64,000 nucleotides of DNA from Lachnospiraceae bacterium. GTDB taxonomy: Bacteria > Bacillota > Clostridia > Lachnospirales > Lachnospiraceae. The position numbers and the translations under genes are program-made. The DNA is taken from contig SVDH01000005.1 in NCBI GenBank assembly GCA_015057865.1, forward strand, positions 29,950 through 93,949, written 5' to 3'. The notes beneath the pieces are model-generated. The model had not been told where the DNA came from. It did no database searches and saw nothing but the letters and a program-made list of their open reading frames with translations. Of this stretch, positions 19,781-28,339 are shown piece after piece (position 1 is the stretch's first letter; each line of letters opens with the position of its first letter).

Positions 19781-19815
19781 AAAAGGAATCCGGCCGGTCT
19801 GGTCGGATTCCTTTT
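19781..19815. terminator. bidirectional terminator between the reductase gene and the ahcY operon
   Basis: AAAAGGAATCCGGCC-GGTCT-GGTCGGATTCCTTTT, with an A-run on one side and a T-run on the other. Confidence 0.65.
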
Positions 19816-19842
19816 GCATGTTGTTTGTTTATCAACTTGTTT

Positions 19843-20013
19843 TCAGCCTTCCGCTGCTTTCCTCAGTTTTCCCTCCCCGAACTTGTCTCCGCGCGGGCAG
19901 CGGCTGCCGGATACATACGGTTTGCCGTCGACGTATTTGGCGGTCAGGTTGCAGTTTGTCGTGCACATGTTGCAGACAACGTTGATCTCAAGATCTTTGT
20001 TTTCGTTACTCAT
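19843..20013 (-). CDS. small Cys-rich protein (56 aa), resembles the N-terminal CxxCxxxC...C(P/K)RG part of DUF1667 proteins
   Basis: Not in the ORF track because it is under 60 aa. My translation: MSNENKDLEINVVCNMCTTNCNLTAKYVDGKPYVSGSRCPRGDKFGEGKLRKAAEG. AGGGGGA SD lies 7 nt upstream. It starts 22 nt downstream of the ahcY stop on the same strand. Confidence 0.5.
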   Translation of the reverse strand: MSNENKDLEINVVCNMCTTNCNLTAKYVDGKPYVSGSRCPRGDKFGEGKLRKAAEG

Positions 20014-20035
20014 GAAATGTTCCCCCTAAGCTGTG

Positions 20036-21301
20036 TCAAAATTCTATGGAAGAGGAATTCAGATAGGCTTCCTGTTCCGGCGTCAGTGTATCGATTTTCT
20101 TTCCGAGGAAGGAAAGCTTCCTGGTTGCGACTTCCAGATCTACTTCACGCGGTACGCGGATCAGGAAGTCGGTGCCTTCTTTGCCGGCAAGTTCTGCTTT
20201 ATGCTCTACCAGGTATTTTGCGCTCAGTGCCTGGATCGCAAAGCTCATGTCCATGATCTCGGCCGGGTGTCCGTCGCCTGCGGCCAGGTTTACAAGACGC
20301 CCTTCCGCGAGAACATAGATCCAGTTCTCATCAGAAATCTGATAGCCTGTAATATTCTGACGCTGGTCGATCGTATCGAGCGCGATCTCGCGAAGCCGCT
20401 TCATATTGATCTCGACATCGAAGTGTCCTGCGTTACACAGGATCGCGCCGTTTTTCATCAGGTGGAAATGCGCTTCATCGATGACACCTGCACAGCCTGT
20501 GACAGTGATAAAGAAATCACCGATCGGTGCGGCTTCTGCCATCGGCATCACATCAAATCCGTCCATGACAGCTTCGATCGCCTTAACCGGATCGATCTCT
20601 GTGACGATGACCTGTGCGCCCATCCCTTTTGCGCGCATCGCAACGCCTTTTCCGCACCAGCCATATCCTGCAACAACCACTTTTTTGCCTGCGACGATCA
20701 GGTTGGTCGTGCGGTTGATGCCGTCAAATACGGACTGGCCTGTCCCGTAGCGGTTGTCAAACAGATGCTTGCAGTCGGCATCGTTTACCAGCATCATCGG
20801 AAATGTCAGCTGCTTTTCTTTTGCCATGGCGATCAGGCGGATGATACCGGTCGTGGTCTCTTCACAGCCGCCGATCACGTATTGCAGCTTATCACGCATT
20901 TTTGTATGGAGCATATTTACCAGGTCTCCGCCGTCATCGATGATGATGTTACAGTTTCCTGCAAGGACCTGCGCGATGTTGGCGTCATATTCTTCCTCAG
21001 TGCATCCGTGCCATGCAAATACGTTCAATCCGCCTGCGGCAAGTGCAGCTGCGACATCATCCTGTGTGGAGAGCGGATTGCTTCCCGTGATATACATTTC
21101 TGCACCGCCTGCGGCCAGCACACGGCAAAGATAAGCGGTCTTTGCTTCCAGATGAATGGACAGGGCAATGCGGATGCTCGCAAATGGTTTTTCTTTCGAA
21201 AAATCTTCTTCCAGACTTCTCAGTAAGGGGCAGTTCTTTCTGACCCAGTCAATCTTATGTTCGCCCGAAGGCGCAAGTGCAATGTCTTTGATCTGATACA
21301 T
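20036..21301 (-). CDS. ahcY: adenosylhomocysteinase
   Basis: 421 aa. NAD-binding GYGWCGKG and full-length family-typical sequence (DDGGDL, GHFDVEI). RBS GGAGG. Confidence 0.95.
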   Translation of the reverse strand: MYQIKDIALAPSGEHKIDWVRKNCPLLRSLEEDFSKEKPFASIRIALSIHLEAKTAYLCRVLAAGGAEMYITGSNPLSTQDDVAAALAAGGLNVFAWHGCTEEEYDANIAQVLAGNCNIIIDDGGDLVNMLHTKMRDKLQYVIGGCEETTTGIIRLIAMAKEKQLTFPMMLVNDADCKHLFDNRYGTGQSVFDGINRTTNLIVAGKKVVVAGYGWCGKGVAMRAKGMGAQVIVTEIDPVKAIEAVMDGFDVMPMAEAAPIGDFFITVTGCAGVIDEAHFHLMKNGAILCNAGHFDVEINMKRLREIALDTIDQRQNITGYQISDENWIYVLAEGRLVNLAAGDGHPAEIMDMSFAIQALSAKYLVEHKAELAGKEGTDFLIRVPREVDLEVATRKLSFLGKKIDTLTPEQEAYLNSSSIEF

Positions 21302-21360
21302 TTATAACCTCCATTTTCCATTTGTTTTCAAAAGCTTTTTATAGTCTTTTAACGGAACAA

Positions 21361-22056
21361 TTAAATAATTTCAAAAAACTCTATTTCGTCAATCTGTTCC
21401 AGTTCCTTAAGGAACTGTTCGAGTGAGAAATTGCGCTCGAGACTGATATTGACAGTCAGCGCGGTGCCTTCTTCCGGAGAAGTGCCGGGCATCAGGTTAA
21501 ACTCCGTAAAAGTAATCCGGTGCTTTACGAAAAAACGCATCAGTGCACGCGTGTTTTGTCCGGCTTTGAGTTCGACATACAGGTCAAAATGCCGTTCGTC
21601 GTTCCGGAGATTTTTTTCTGCGACAGACATCAGACTTAAGGTAACGATGATCAGAATCACGGCAATGATCGTACCTTCGATAAATCCGATGCCGATGGCC
21701 AGTCCCGTGCAGGCGCATGCCCAAAGTCCTGCGGCGGTTGTTAACCCGCGTATATGTCTGCGCTGTGTGACAATGATCGTGCCCGCACCCAGAAAACCGA
21801 TGCCGCTGATGACCTGTGCACCAAGTCTCGCCACATCACCGTTCGCGCCCGGAAAATGAAGGAATACATACTGGCCTGTCATCATGACAAGGGCAGCGCC
21901 GATACAGACCAGGACATGTGTACGGATACCGGCACTCCGGTTATTCCGTTCTCTGTTTATGCCGATCGCAAAGCCGATGACCCAGGCAAGGATCAGACGT
22001 ATGAGGATGGAAAAGAAGCTCCAGTCAGACATCCATTGTGTAAATGATTGCCACAT
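21361..22056 (-). CDS. mgtC: MgtC/SapB family membrane protein
   Basis: MgtC core (GFAIGINRE...AGIRTHVLVCIGAA...GIGFLGAGTI) plus a C-terminal ACT-like domain. GGAGGTG SD before the ATG at 22056. The longer ORF-track start (22287) would overlap the divergent gene. Confidence 0.8.
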   Translation of the reverse strand: MWQSFTQWMSDWSFFSILIRLILAWVIGFAIGINRERNNRSAGIRTHVLVCIGAALVMMTGQYVFLHFPGANGDVARLGAQVISGIGFLGAGTIIVTQRRHIRGLTTAAGLWACACTGLAIGIGFIEGTIIAVILIIVTLSLMSVAEKNLRNDERHFDLYVELKAGQNTRALMRFFVKHRITFTEFNLMPGTSPEEGTALTVNISLERNFSLEQFLKELEQIDEIEFFEII

Positions 22057-22109
22057 GTAAGTCACCTCCGTTTCATTGAGTTCTGCTTCTCTATGATAAC
22101 AAACTTTCG

Positions 22110-22138
22110 TTGTAAAATACAGGGAAAATAGGTATACT
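22110..22138 (+). promoter_or_regulatory. candidate promoter for the DUF853 gene
   Basis: TTGTAA, 17-nt spacer, TATACT. Confidence 0.4.
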
Positions 22139-22203
22139 GAAAAAGATAGATAAAGTCGGTGAATCATCCGCTTAAACGCGGATTTATGAAAGGAGCGGTA
22201 CTT

Positions 22204-23802
22204 ATGTTCTATGAAGGCGCTATATGGATGGGTAATACGCAAGCCGGAGAAAAGGTCTCGATCCTGCCGGGAATGGCAAACCGTCATGGATTCATCGCAG
22301 GAGCGACCGGTACCGGAAAGACGGTAACACTAAAGGTTATGGCGGAAGCGTTCTCTGATATGGGAGTCCCGGTATTTCTGGCGGATGTCAAAGGCGATAT
22401 CGCGGGGATGATGAATGCAGGTGCGGATTCCGCGGATATGCAGGAGCGCATCGCACGGTTCGGACTCGGGGAAGCAGGCTTTTCCTATCAGGGTTACCCG
22501 GTTACGTTCTGGGATATTTACGGAAAGAACGGGATTCAGCTGCGTACGACGATCTCTGAGATGGGGCCGCTTTTGCTGGCAAGGATCCTTCAGTTGAATG
22601 ATCTGCAGACAGATATCCTGAACATCGTATACAAGATCGCGGATGACAACAATCTGCTTCTGATCGATACAAAAGATCTGAAGGCGATGTTGAATTTTGT
22701 AAATGAAAATGCATCCGAACTGGCCGCTGATTACGGAAAGATCAGCAGTGCTTCTCTTGGCGCGATCACAAGAGCACTCGTTGCACTGGAGCTGGAAGGC
22801 GGCGATGTATTTTTCGGAGAACCTGCACTGAATATCAATGACTGGCTTGCGGTCGGCGCAGGCGGAAAAGGGATGATGCACATCCTTGATTCGAGCAGTC
22901 TGATCAATAACGGCAGACTGTATTCGACGTTCCTGTTATGGCTGCTCTCGGAACTGTTTGAGACGCTGCCGGAAGTGGGCGATCTGGATAAGCCGAAGCT
23001 CGTATTCTTCTTTGATGAGGCACATCTGCTTTTCAGTGGCGCGTCAAAGAATCTTCTTGAAAAGATTGAGCAGGTGGTCAAACTGATCCGTTCAAAGGGT
23101 GTCGGTGTTTATTTCTGCACACAGAATCCGGGGGATATTCCCGATGGCATTCTGGCACAGCTTGGCAATAAGATCCAGCATGCCCTGCATGCGTATACAC
23201 CGACCGAGCAGAAGGCTGTCCGCGCTGCAGCGGACGCGTTCCGTGAGAATCCGGAGTTTGATACATATGAGACATTGGAAGCGCTGGGGATCGGCGAAGC
23301 GGTCGTTTCCTTCCTGGGTGCAGACGGTGTGCCGGGCATCGCGCAGCGTGTCAATATCCTGCCGCCGCAGAGCCTGATGGATGGGATCAGCGAAGCAGAG
23401 CGGGATACATGCATGAAATCATCTCTTCTTTACAGCAAATACGCACAAAGCATCGATCCGGATTCCGCATATGAGTTCCTGCAGAGAAAGGGCCTTGAAG
23501 CACAGGCTGAGGCTGAGACGCAGGCTGCTGAGGCAGAAGCACAAAAGGAAGCTGAGAAGGCAGAAAAAGAGGCATTAAAGGCAGAAGAAAAAGCCAAAAA
23601 AGAAGCTGAAAAGCAGGCGGAAAAAGAAGCGAAGGCCAAGAAAAAAGCAATCAAACAGGTGGGCGCTACGGTAGCCGGAACGGTTGGACGACAGGTCGGA
23701 AAACAAGTCGGCAAGAACTTTGGTAAATTCGGACAGACGCTCGGCGGAAATGTCGGCGCAAGTCTGGGAAGGGGAATATTAAGTACTTTATTTAAAAGCT
23801 AA
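22204..23802 (+). CDS. DUF853/HerA-like P-loop ATPase (YjgR-like)
   Basis: Walker A AGATGTGKT, Walker B-like VFFFDEAH, Lys/Glu/Ala-rich C-terminal coil. AAAGGAG SD before the ATG at 22204. Confidence 0.75.
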   Translation: MFYEGAIWMGNTQAGEKVSILPGMANRHGFIAGATGTGKTVTLKVMAEAFSDMGVPVFLADVKGDIAGMMNAGADSADMQERIARFGLGEAGFSYQGYPVTFWDIYGKNGIQLRTTISEMGPLLLARILQLNDLQTDILNIVYKIADDNNLLLIDTKDLKAMLNFVNENASELAADYGKISSASLGAITRALVALELEGGDVFFGEPALNINDWLAVGAGGKGMMHILDSSSLINNGRLYSTFLLWLLSELFETLPEVGDLDKPKLVFFFDEAHLLFSGASKNLLEKIEQVVKLIRSKGVGVYFCTQNPGDIPDGILAQLGNKIQHALHAYTPTEQKAVRAAADAFRENPEFDTYETLEALGIGEAVVSFLGADGVPGIAQRVNILPPQSLMDGISEAERDTCMKSSLLYSKYAQSIDPDSAYEFLQRKGLEAQAEAETQAAEAEAQKEAEKAEKEALKAEEKAKKEAEKQAEKEAKAKKKAIKQVGATVAGTVGRQVGKQVGKNFGKFGQTLGGNVGASLGRGILSTLFKS

Positions 23803-23805
23803 ACT

Positions 23806-24786
23806 ATGAGAAAGTCAAACAGAAAGAAACCATTTATTATGATCTTAACGGGAGCACTGATCATCAGTACGATCAGTCTTTCGGGATGCAGCATCGGAAA
23901 AGACAGAGAACAGGAAGAAGCATACAGAAGTGAAGGAATCGCGGCGTTTAAGGCAGGCGATTACCAGACTGCGATCGAGAAGTTTGATCTGGCTTTGGAG
24001 GAGTCAAAGGGAGACACTTCTGAACTGGAGACGGATATCATTTATTACAAGGCAAAAGCTTTGGTAGAAAATGGGGATCCGGAAAGCGCGATCGGCATTT
24101 ATGACGAGATATTGGAAGAGGATCCTTCAGACAGTAATGTCTGGTATCTGCGTGGCTGTGCGTCTTTGGCAGCAGGACTGATCGAACAGGCAGATACGGA
24201 TTATGCGCGTGCCGTTCAGAATGCACCGAACGATTATGAACTGACCTTTGCTGTTTATCAGGCTTTTAAGGATGCTGAACAGCCGGAAAAGGCAAATGCC
24301 GCGCTGGAACAGGCGCTTGCGTTTGAAGAGGAATCGGAAGAAGATCTATGCAGAAAAGGATACATTTGCTATCTGCTTGATGATACGCAGCAGGCAAATT
24401 CCTATCTGAATCAGGCTATTGAGGAAGGCTCGGATCAGGCGGTCTTATACCAGGGGATGATCTATGCGCAGACAGGACAGCGAGAAGAAGCCGTTACCAT
24501 GTTTGACCGGTATGCCGAAGAACACGCGGATGATCCTGACGAAATGCTGGATCTGGCAGCTGCGGCGGAAGGCGGCGGTCTCTATGAAGAAGCGATCCGA
24601 TATTATTCCGCATTGCGGGAAATGGAAGACGCAGACGGACAGGCGGTCTTAAAAGGCCTGATCGCATCCTATGAAGGAAGCGGAGATTATGAAACGGCTT
24701 ATACGCTGCTGGAAGAGTATCTGCAGTCCTGGCCGGACGATGAATCAGCACAAAAAGAACTGACTTTTGTGCAGACGAGGAGATAG
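23806..24786 (+). CDS. tetratricopeptide-repeat lipoprotein
   Basis: Signal peptide with lipobox LSGC, then repeated TPR-like A..Y..AL helices. Confidence 0.7.
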   Translation: MRKSNRKKPFIMILTGALIISTISLSGCSIGKDREQEEAYRSEGIAAFKAGDYQTAIEKFDLALEESKGDTSELETDIIYYKAKALVENGDPESAIGIYDEILEEDPSDSNVWYLRGCASLAAGLIEQADTDYARAVQNAPNDYELTFAVYQAFKDAEQPEKANAALEQALAFEEESEEDLCRKGYICYLLDDTQQANSYLNQAIEEGSDQAVLYQGMIYAQTGQREEAVTMFDRYAEEHADDPDEMLDLAAAAEGGGLYEEAIRYYSALREMEDADGQAVLKGLIASYEGSGDYETAYTLLEEYLQSWPDDESAQKELTFVQTRR

Positions 24787-24790
24787 TTGC

Positions 24791-27271
24791 ATGCATGAAG
24801 TGATCAAACGATATATTGATCTGGTGAATTCCTATGTAAAGCCGGCAGATTGGAAGGTTTTAAGCGATGAAAAGGGGGACTTTTCCATCGGCGGTCTGAT
24901 CTTGAGCAATTCCGGAGCAGTGACAGAAAACTACTGGCTTTCTGAGGTCTATGATCAGGAAATCGCGCAGGCACATAAAAACGGTCTGATCCATATTCAT
25001 GATCTGTCCATGCTGACGGGGCGCAGTGCCGGCTGGTCATTAAGACAGCTTATTTCAGAAGGACTGGGCGGCGTCGGCGGCAAATTAAGCTTCGGACCGG
25101 CAAGACATCTGGCAGTATTGTGCAACCAGATGGTCAGCTTTATGGAGATCATGCAGAATGAGTGGTCAGGCGCGCAGGCATTTTCATCGTTCGATACCTA
25201 TCTGGCGCCATACGTCCGTGCAGAGGAACTGAATTACCGTCAGGTCCGGCAGTGCATCGAATCGTTTGTATTCGGTGTCAATGTGCCGAGCAGATGGGGG
25301 ACACAGCCGCCGTTTTGTAATATTACCATGGACTGGCGTGTGCCGGCCGATCTTTATGATGTTCCTGCAGTTGTCGGCGGGGAAGAGATGGAATTCACCT
25401 ATGGTGACTGTCAGGCAGAGATGGATATGATCAACCAGGCGTTCTTAGAGACCATGATCGCGGGTGACAGTGAGGGGCAGGCTTTCCGATATCCGATTCC
25501 GACTTATGCCATAACAGAGGCTTTTGATTGGTCGGACACAGATAACAACAGGCTTTTATTTGAGATGACGGCAAAGTACGGAACGCCGTATTTTGCAAAT
25601 CATATTTTCAGTGACCGGCTTCCCGAAGATGCCAGACGGAACGAAAAGGGAGAAGAACCGGGAGAGACCCTTTTGAAAAAAAGCGGCGGTTATTTCGGTT
25701 ACGGGGAACACAGCGGTTCAATCGGTGCAGTGACGGTGAATCTGCCGAGGATCGCCTGGCTGTCCGGTGATGAAAATGATTTTTACCGGAGACTGGATGA
25801 GGCGATGGATCTGGCAGCGAGATCTTTAAAGATCAAACGCGGGGTTCTGACCCGTCTTTTGACAGAGGGACTTTATCCCTATACCAAGCGGTATATGGGG
25901 ACATATAACAGGCATTATTCGAGTATCGGTCCGGTCGGGATCAATGAAGCCTGTCTGAATGCGCACTGGCTCAAGCGCGATCTCTGGAATCCGACGGCAC
26001 AGAAGTTTGCAAAAGATATCCTGAAGCATATGAAGGACCGTCTGGTATATTACCAGCAGCATTATGGAGATCTGTTTGAACTCGAGGCGACGCCTGCAGA
26101 ATCGGCAGCCTTTGCCATGGCGCGCAAGGACAGGGGACTGTATCCGGAGATCGTCACGGCAGGAAAGCCCGGAGACACACCGTATTACACAAGCAGCAGT
26201 CAGCTGCCCTCTGATGCGACGACCAATGTGCAGGAGGCGCTCTCCATACAGGACGGTCTTCAGTCGATGTATACAGGCGGCACGGCATTTCACATCTATC
26301 TTTCTGAACAGATGAAGAGCTGGATGGATACGGCTTCTTTGGTGCGTTACGTGACAGAAAACTATGAACTGCCGTATTTTACCGTTTCACCGATCTATTC
26401 GATGTGTCCCGGACATGGGTATCTTAAGGGAACGGTCTACGAATGTCCGGTATGCGGACAGAAGACCAATGTATTTTGCAGGATCGCGGGATACTATCAT
26501 CCGATGGATGAGTGGAATGACGGAAAACTGCAGGAATTTAAAAACCGTAGAAACTTCCTGCTTCATCCGAGAAAAGCAGAGACGCCGGAAGAAGTCCGTG
26601 AAAATATTGCGCTGCAGTTAAAGGAAGACGCAGACGCGATGGAACAGCCGACGCCGGAAGAGATCGAAGCCGGAAGAGAGGCATTTAACTGGGCACAGCG
26701 GATCCGGGCGGATATGGAGGAGTGGCATAGACCCCGGGACGACGAACCGGCTGACGGATCAGGAACCGACGAGGAAATATATGGCCTTCAGATCGAAGGA
26801 GATGTGGTGGTCGGCCCGTTTTCCGAGGCAGAGCTGACCGGGAAAAAACCGGAACCGGTGCGCACAGAAGAAGAGGCAGACGGACAGCTGCGGTTTGCGG
26901 ATATGGAGTTTGAATCCGGCACGCCCAAAGCAGAAGAACCGGAGACCGTATCAGAAGGTGATACGGTTCCGGAAAACCAGATGACACTTGATTTTACAAG
27001 CGGCGGATGGAAGAGCAATGCGGATGCGCCGAATAAAAAGAACCCGGGTGAGCTGCCAAACGGATGGTATCTGTTTGCGGCACACAATGATCCGAACAGC
27101 ATGTATGCAAGAGAACTTTTAGGCGGCAAAGCATATCGTGAATTCAATGCTTATAAAGAGCCAAAGCTTGTGGCGGCGATCGGCATCAGACAGGCGCCGG
27201 CATACGTTTCTTTAAATGACGGAGAAGTACAGATCTATACAGGTATAAAAGAGATCAGGGAGTTGTGCTGA
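24791..27271 (+). CDS. anaerobic ribonucleotide reductase (NrdD)-like glycyl-radical-family protein with a long C-terminal extension
   Basis: NrdD-typical blocks: GLIHIHDL, NEWSGAQAFSSFDTYLAPYV, GSIGAVTVNLPRIA, YYTSSSQLP, YTGGTAFH, Zn-ribbon CPGH...CPVCG and Gly-radical-like FCRIAGYY. AGGAGA SD before the ATG at 24791. See the findings for the atypical features. Confidence 0.8.
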   Translation: MHEVIKRYIDLVNSYVKPADWKVLSDEKGDFSIGGLILSNSGAVTENYWLSEVYDQEIAQAHKNGLIHIHDLSMLTGRSAGWSLRQLISEGLGGVGGKLSFGPARHLAVLCNQMVSFMEIMQNEWSGAQAFSSFDTYLAPYVRAEELNYRQVRQCIESFVFGVNVPSRWGTQPPFCNITMDWRVPADLYDVPAVVGGEEMEFTYGDCQAEMDMINQAFLETMIAGDSEGQAFRYPIPTYAITEAFDWSDTDNNRLLFEMTAKYGTPYFANHIFSDRLPEDARRNEKGEEPGETLLKKSGGYFGYGEHSGSIGAVTVNLPRIAWLSGDENDFYRRLDEAMDLAARSLKIKRGVLTRLLTEGLYPYTKRYMGTYNRHYSSIGPVGINEACLNAHWLKRDLWNPTAQKFAKDILKHMKDRLVYYQQHYGDLFELEATPAESAAFAMARKDRGLYPEIVTAGKPGDTPYYTSSSQLPSDATTNVQEALSIQDGLQSMYTGGTAFHIYLSEQMKSWMDTASLVRYVTENYELPYFTVSPIYSMCPGHGYLKGTVYECPVCGQKTNVFCRIAGYYHPMDEWNDGKLQEFKNRRNFLLHPRKAETPEEVRENIALQLKEDADAMEQPTPEEIEAGREAFNWAQRIRADMEEWHRPRDDEPADGSGTDEEIYGLQIEGDVVVGPFSEAELTGKKPEPVRTEEEADGQLRFADMEFESGTPKAEEPETVSEGDTVPENQMTLDFTSGGWKSNADAPNKKNPGELPNGWYLFAAHNDPNSMYARELLGGKAYREFNAYKEPKLVAAIGIRQAPAYVSLNDGEVQIYTGIKEIRELC

Positions 27272-27291
27272 TCGAAAGAGAGAGGACAATA

Positions 27292-27780
27292 ATGGCAAAA
27301 CATGCACATATACAGATGACAGATCAGGAATTTGAAGATGCGCTCAAAATGGTGATGAAGCGCTCGACAAAGGAGCCCGAGCGTATGAATGCGAGCTTAA
27401 AGCTGCAGCTTCTTGACAGCAGTGCAGACGGAAAAGAGGGATTTGGGGAAGCGATTTTTGGTTATACCGTAAATCCTGCACATCTGAATCCATATGGCGG
27501 GATCCATGGCGGAATCGTGGCAGCACTCCTTGATACCTGTATGGGTACGGCGATCGCGGCCCGTACCGGACATTTTGTGATCACAACAGATCTTTCGGTA
27601 AGCTTTTTACGCGCATTGACGGATTCCCATTTCCGTATCTATATCGCATTTACCCACCTGGGACGGCGGATGGCCAGCGTGACCGGAAAGATCGTCAATG
27701 CAGACAATGACGAGATCTGCGCAACCGGAATGGGCACATTCATGCTGCTCGATACCGGTGATGCGGGAGTACAGGGATGA
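27292..27780 (+). CDS. PaaI-family (hotdog fold) thioesterase
   Basis: NPYGGIHGGIVAALLDTCMGTA motif, ~160 aa, GAGAGGA SD. Confidence 0.75.
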   Translation: MAKHAHIQMTDQEFEDALKMVMKRSTKEPERMNASLKLQLLDSSADGKEGFGEAIFGYTVNPAHLNPYGGIHGGIVAALLDTCMGTAIAARTGHFVITTDLSVSFLRALTDSHFRIYIAFTHLGRRMASVTGKIVNADNDEICATGMGTFMLLDTGDAGVQG

Positions 27781-28310
27781 TCATCCATAGAAGATTAAAA
27801 CAAGTTCCAAAAGGACGGTTCAGACGGTTTGCAGCATTGCTTGTTATCCTGAGCATGATGCTTTTTCTGCTCGTCGGATGTGGAAGCAAAAGTGAGCAGC
27901 CCGCGCCCCAGCAGACAGAGACTGTGACAGAAAGTGTGGCATCAGATCAGGAGACCGATGAGCATGTCTCTGCTCCGCAGATAGATGAGGATGGGAGTTA
28001 TACGTCTAAGGAAGATGTGGCATTGTATCTGCACACCTATGAAAAGCTGCCGTCTAATTTCATCACAAAAAAGGAAGCCAAAAGCCTTGGATGGGAAGGC
28101 GGTTCTCTGGAACCGTATGCGCCCGGAAAATGTATTGGCGGAGACCGGTTTGGGAACTACGAAGGACAGCTGCCCGACGGCTCTTACCATGAATGCGACA
28201 TCGGTACACTGGGAAAATCCAGCCGCGGGGCAAAACGCATCGTCTATTCCGATGATGGAAGGATCTATTACACAGATGATCATTATGAGACATTTGAACA
28301 GCTCTATTGA
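27777..28310 (+). CDS. secreted barnase-type ribonuclease (lipoprotein signal)
   Basis: The C-terminal 110 aa align by eye with barnase: VALYLHTYEKLPSNFITKKEAKSLGW...GKCIGGDRFGNYEGQLP...YHECDI...RIVYSDDGRIYYTDDHYETFEQ. N-terminal signal peptide with LLVGC lipobox. Confidence 0.85.
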   Translation: MIIHRRLKQVPKGRFRRFAALLVILSMMLFLLVGCGSKSEQPAPQQTETVTESVASDQETDEHVSAPQIDEDGSYTSKEDVALYLHTYEKLPSNFITKKEAKSLGWEGGSLEPYAPGKCIGGDRFGNYEGQLPDGSYHECDIGTLGKSSRGAKRIVYSDDGRIYYTDDHYETFEQLY

Positions 28311-28339
28311 ATGTTGAAACACCAAATACGGTAGGAAGA

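Noticed and set aside
20033-21226. A 397-aa ORF antisense to ahcY. Similar long antisense ORFs occur at 837-1850, 18367-19464, 37362-38381, 34644-35447, 29172-29963, 48984-49769 and elsewhere.
   Set aside because: These are codon-aligned shadow frames of well-supported genes. The sense genes avoid TTA/CTA/TCA codons, so the aligned reverse frame rarely meets a stop. The translations are low-complexity, Cys/His/Arg-rich, lack an SD and match no family.
21302-21360. An SAH riboswitch upstream of ahcY.
   Set aside because: Only 59 nt separate the ahcY start from the mgtC stop. That is too short, and no matching structure is visible.
22057-22203. An M-box (Mg2+) riboswitch upstream of mgtC.
   Set aside because: The divergent intergenic region is only ~147 nt and is mostly taken up by a promoter-like TTGTAA-17-TATACT for the opposite gene. 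No M-box-like helices were recognised.
21361-22287. The long ORF-track versions of mgtC (308 aa) and of the DUF853 gene (from 22159), which overlap each other head to head.
   Set aside because: The N-terminal extensions lack an SD and any family similarity. Internal ATGs at 22056 and 22204 have strong SDs and give family-typical N-termini.
24767-24790. The upstream ATG extending the NrdD-like ORF (MCRRGDSC...) into the TPR gene.
   Set aside because: It overlaps the preceding CDS and lacks an SD. The ATG at 24791 has AGGAGA 8 nt upstream and yields a plausible N-terminus.
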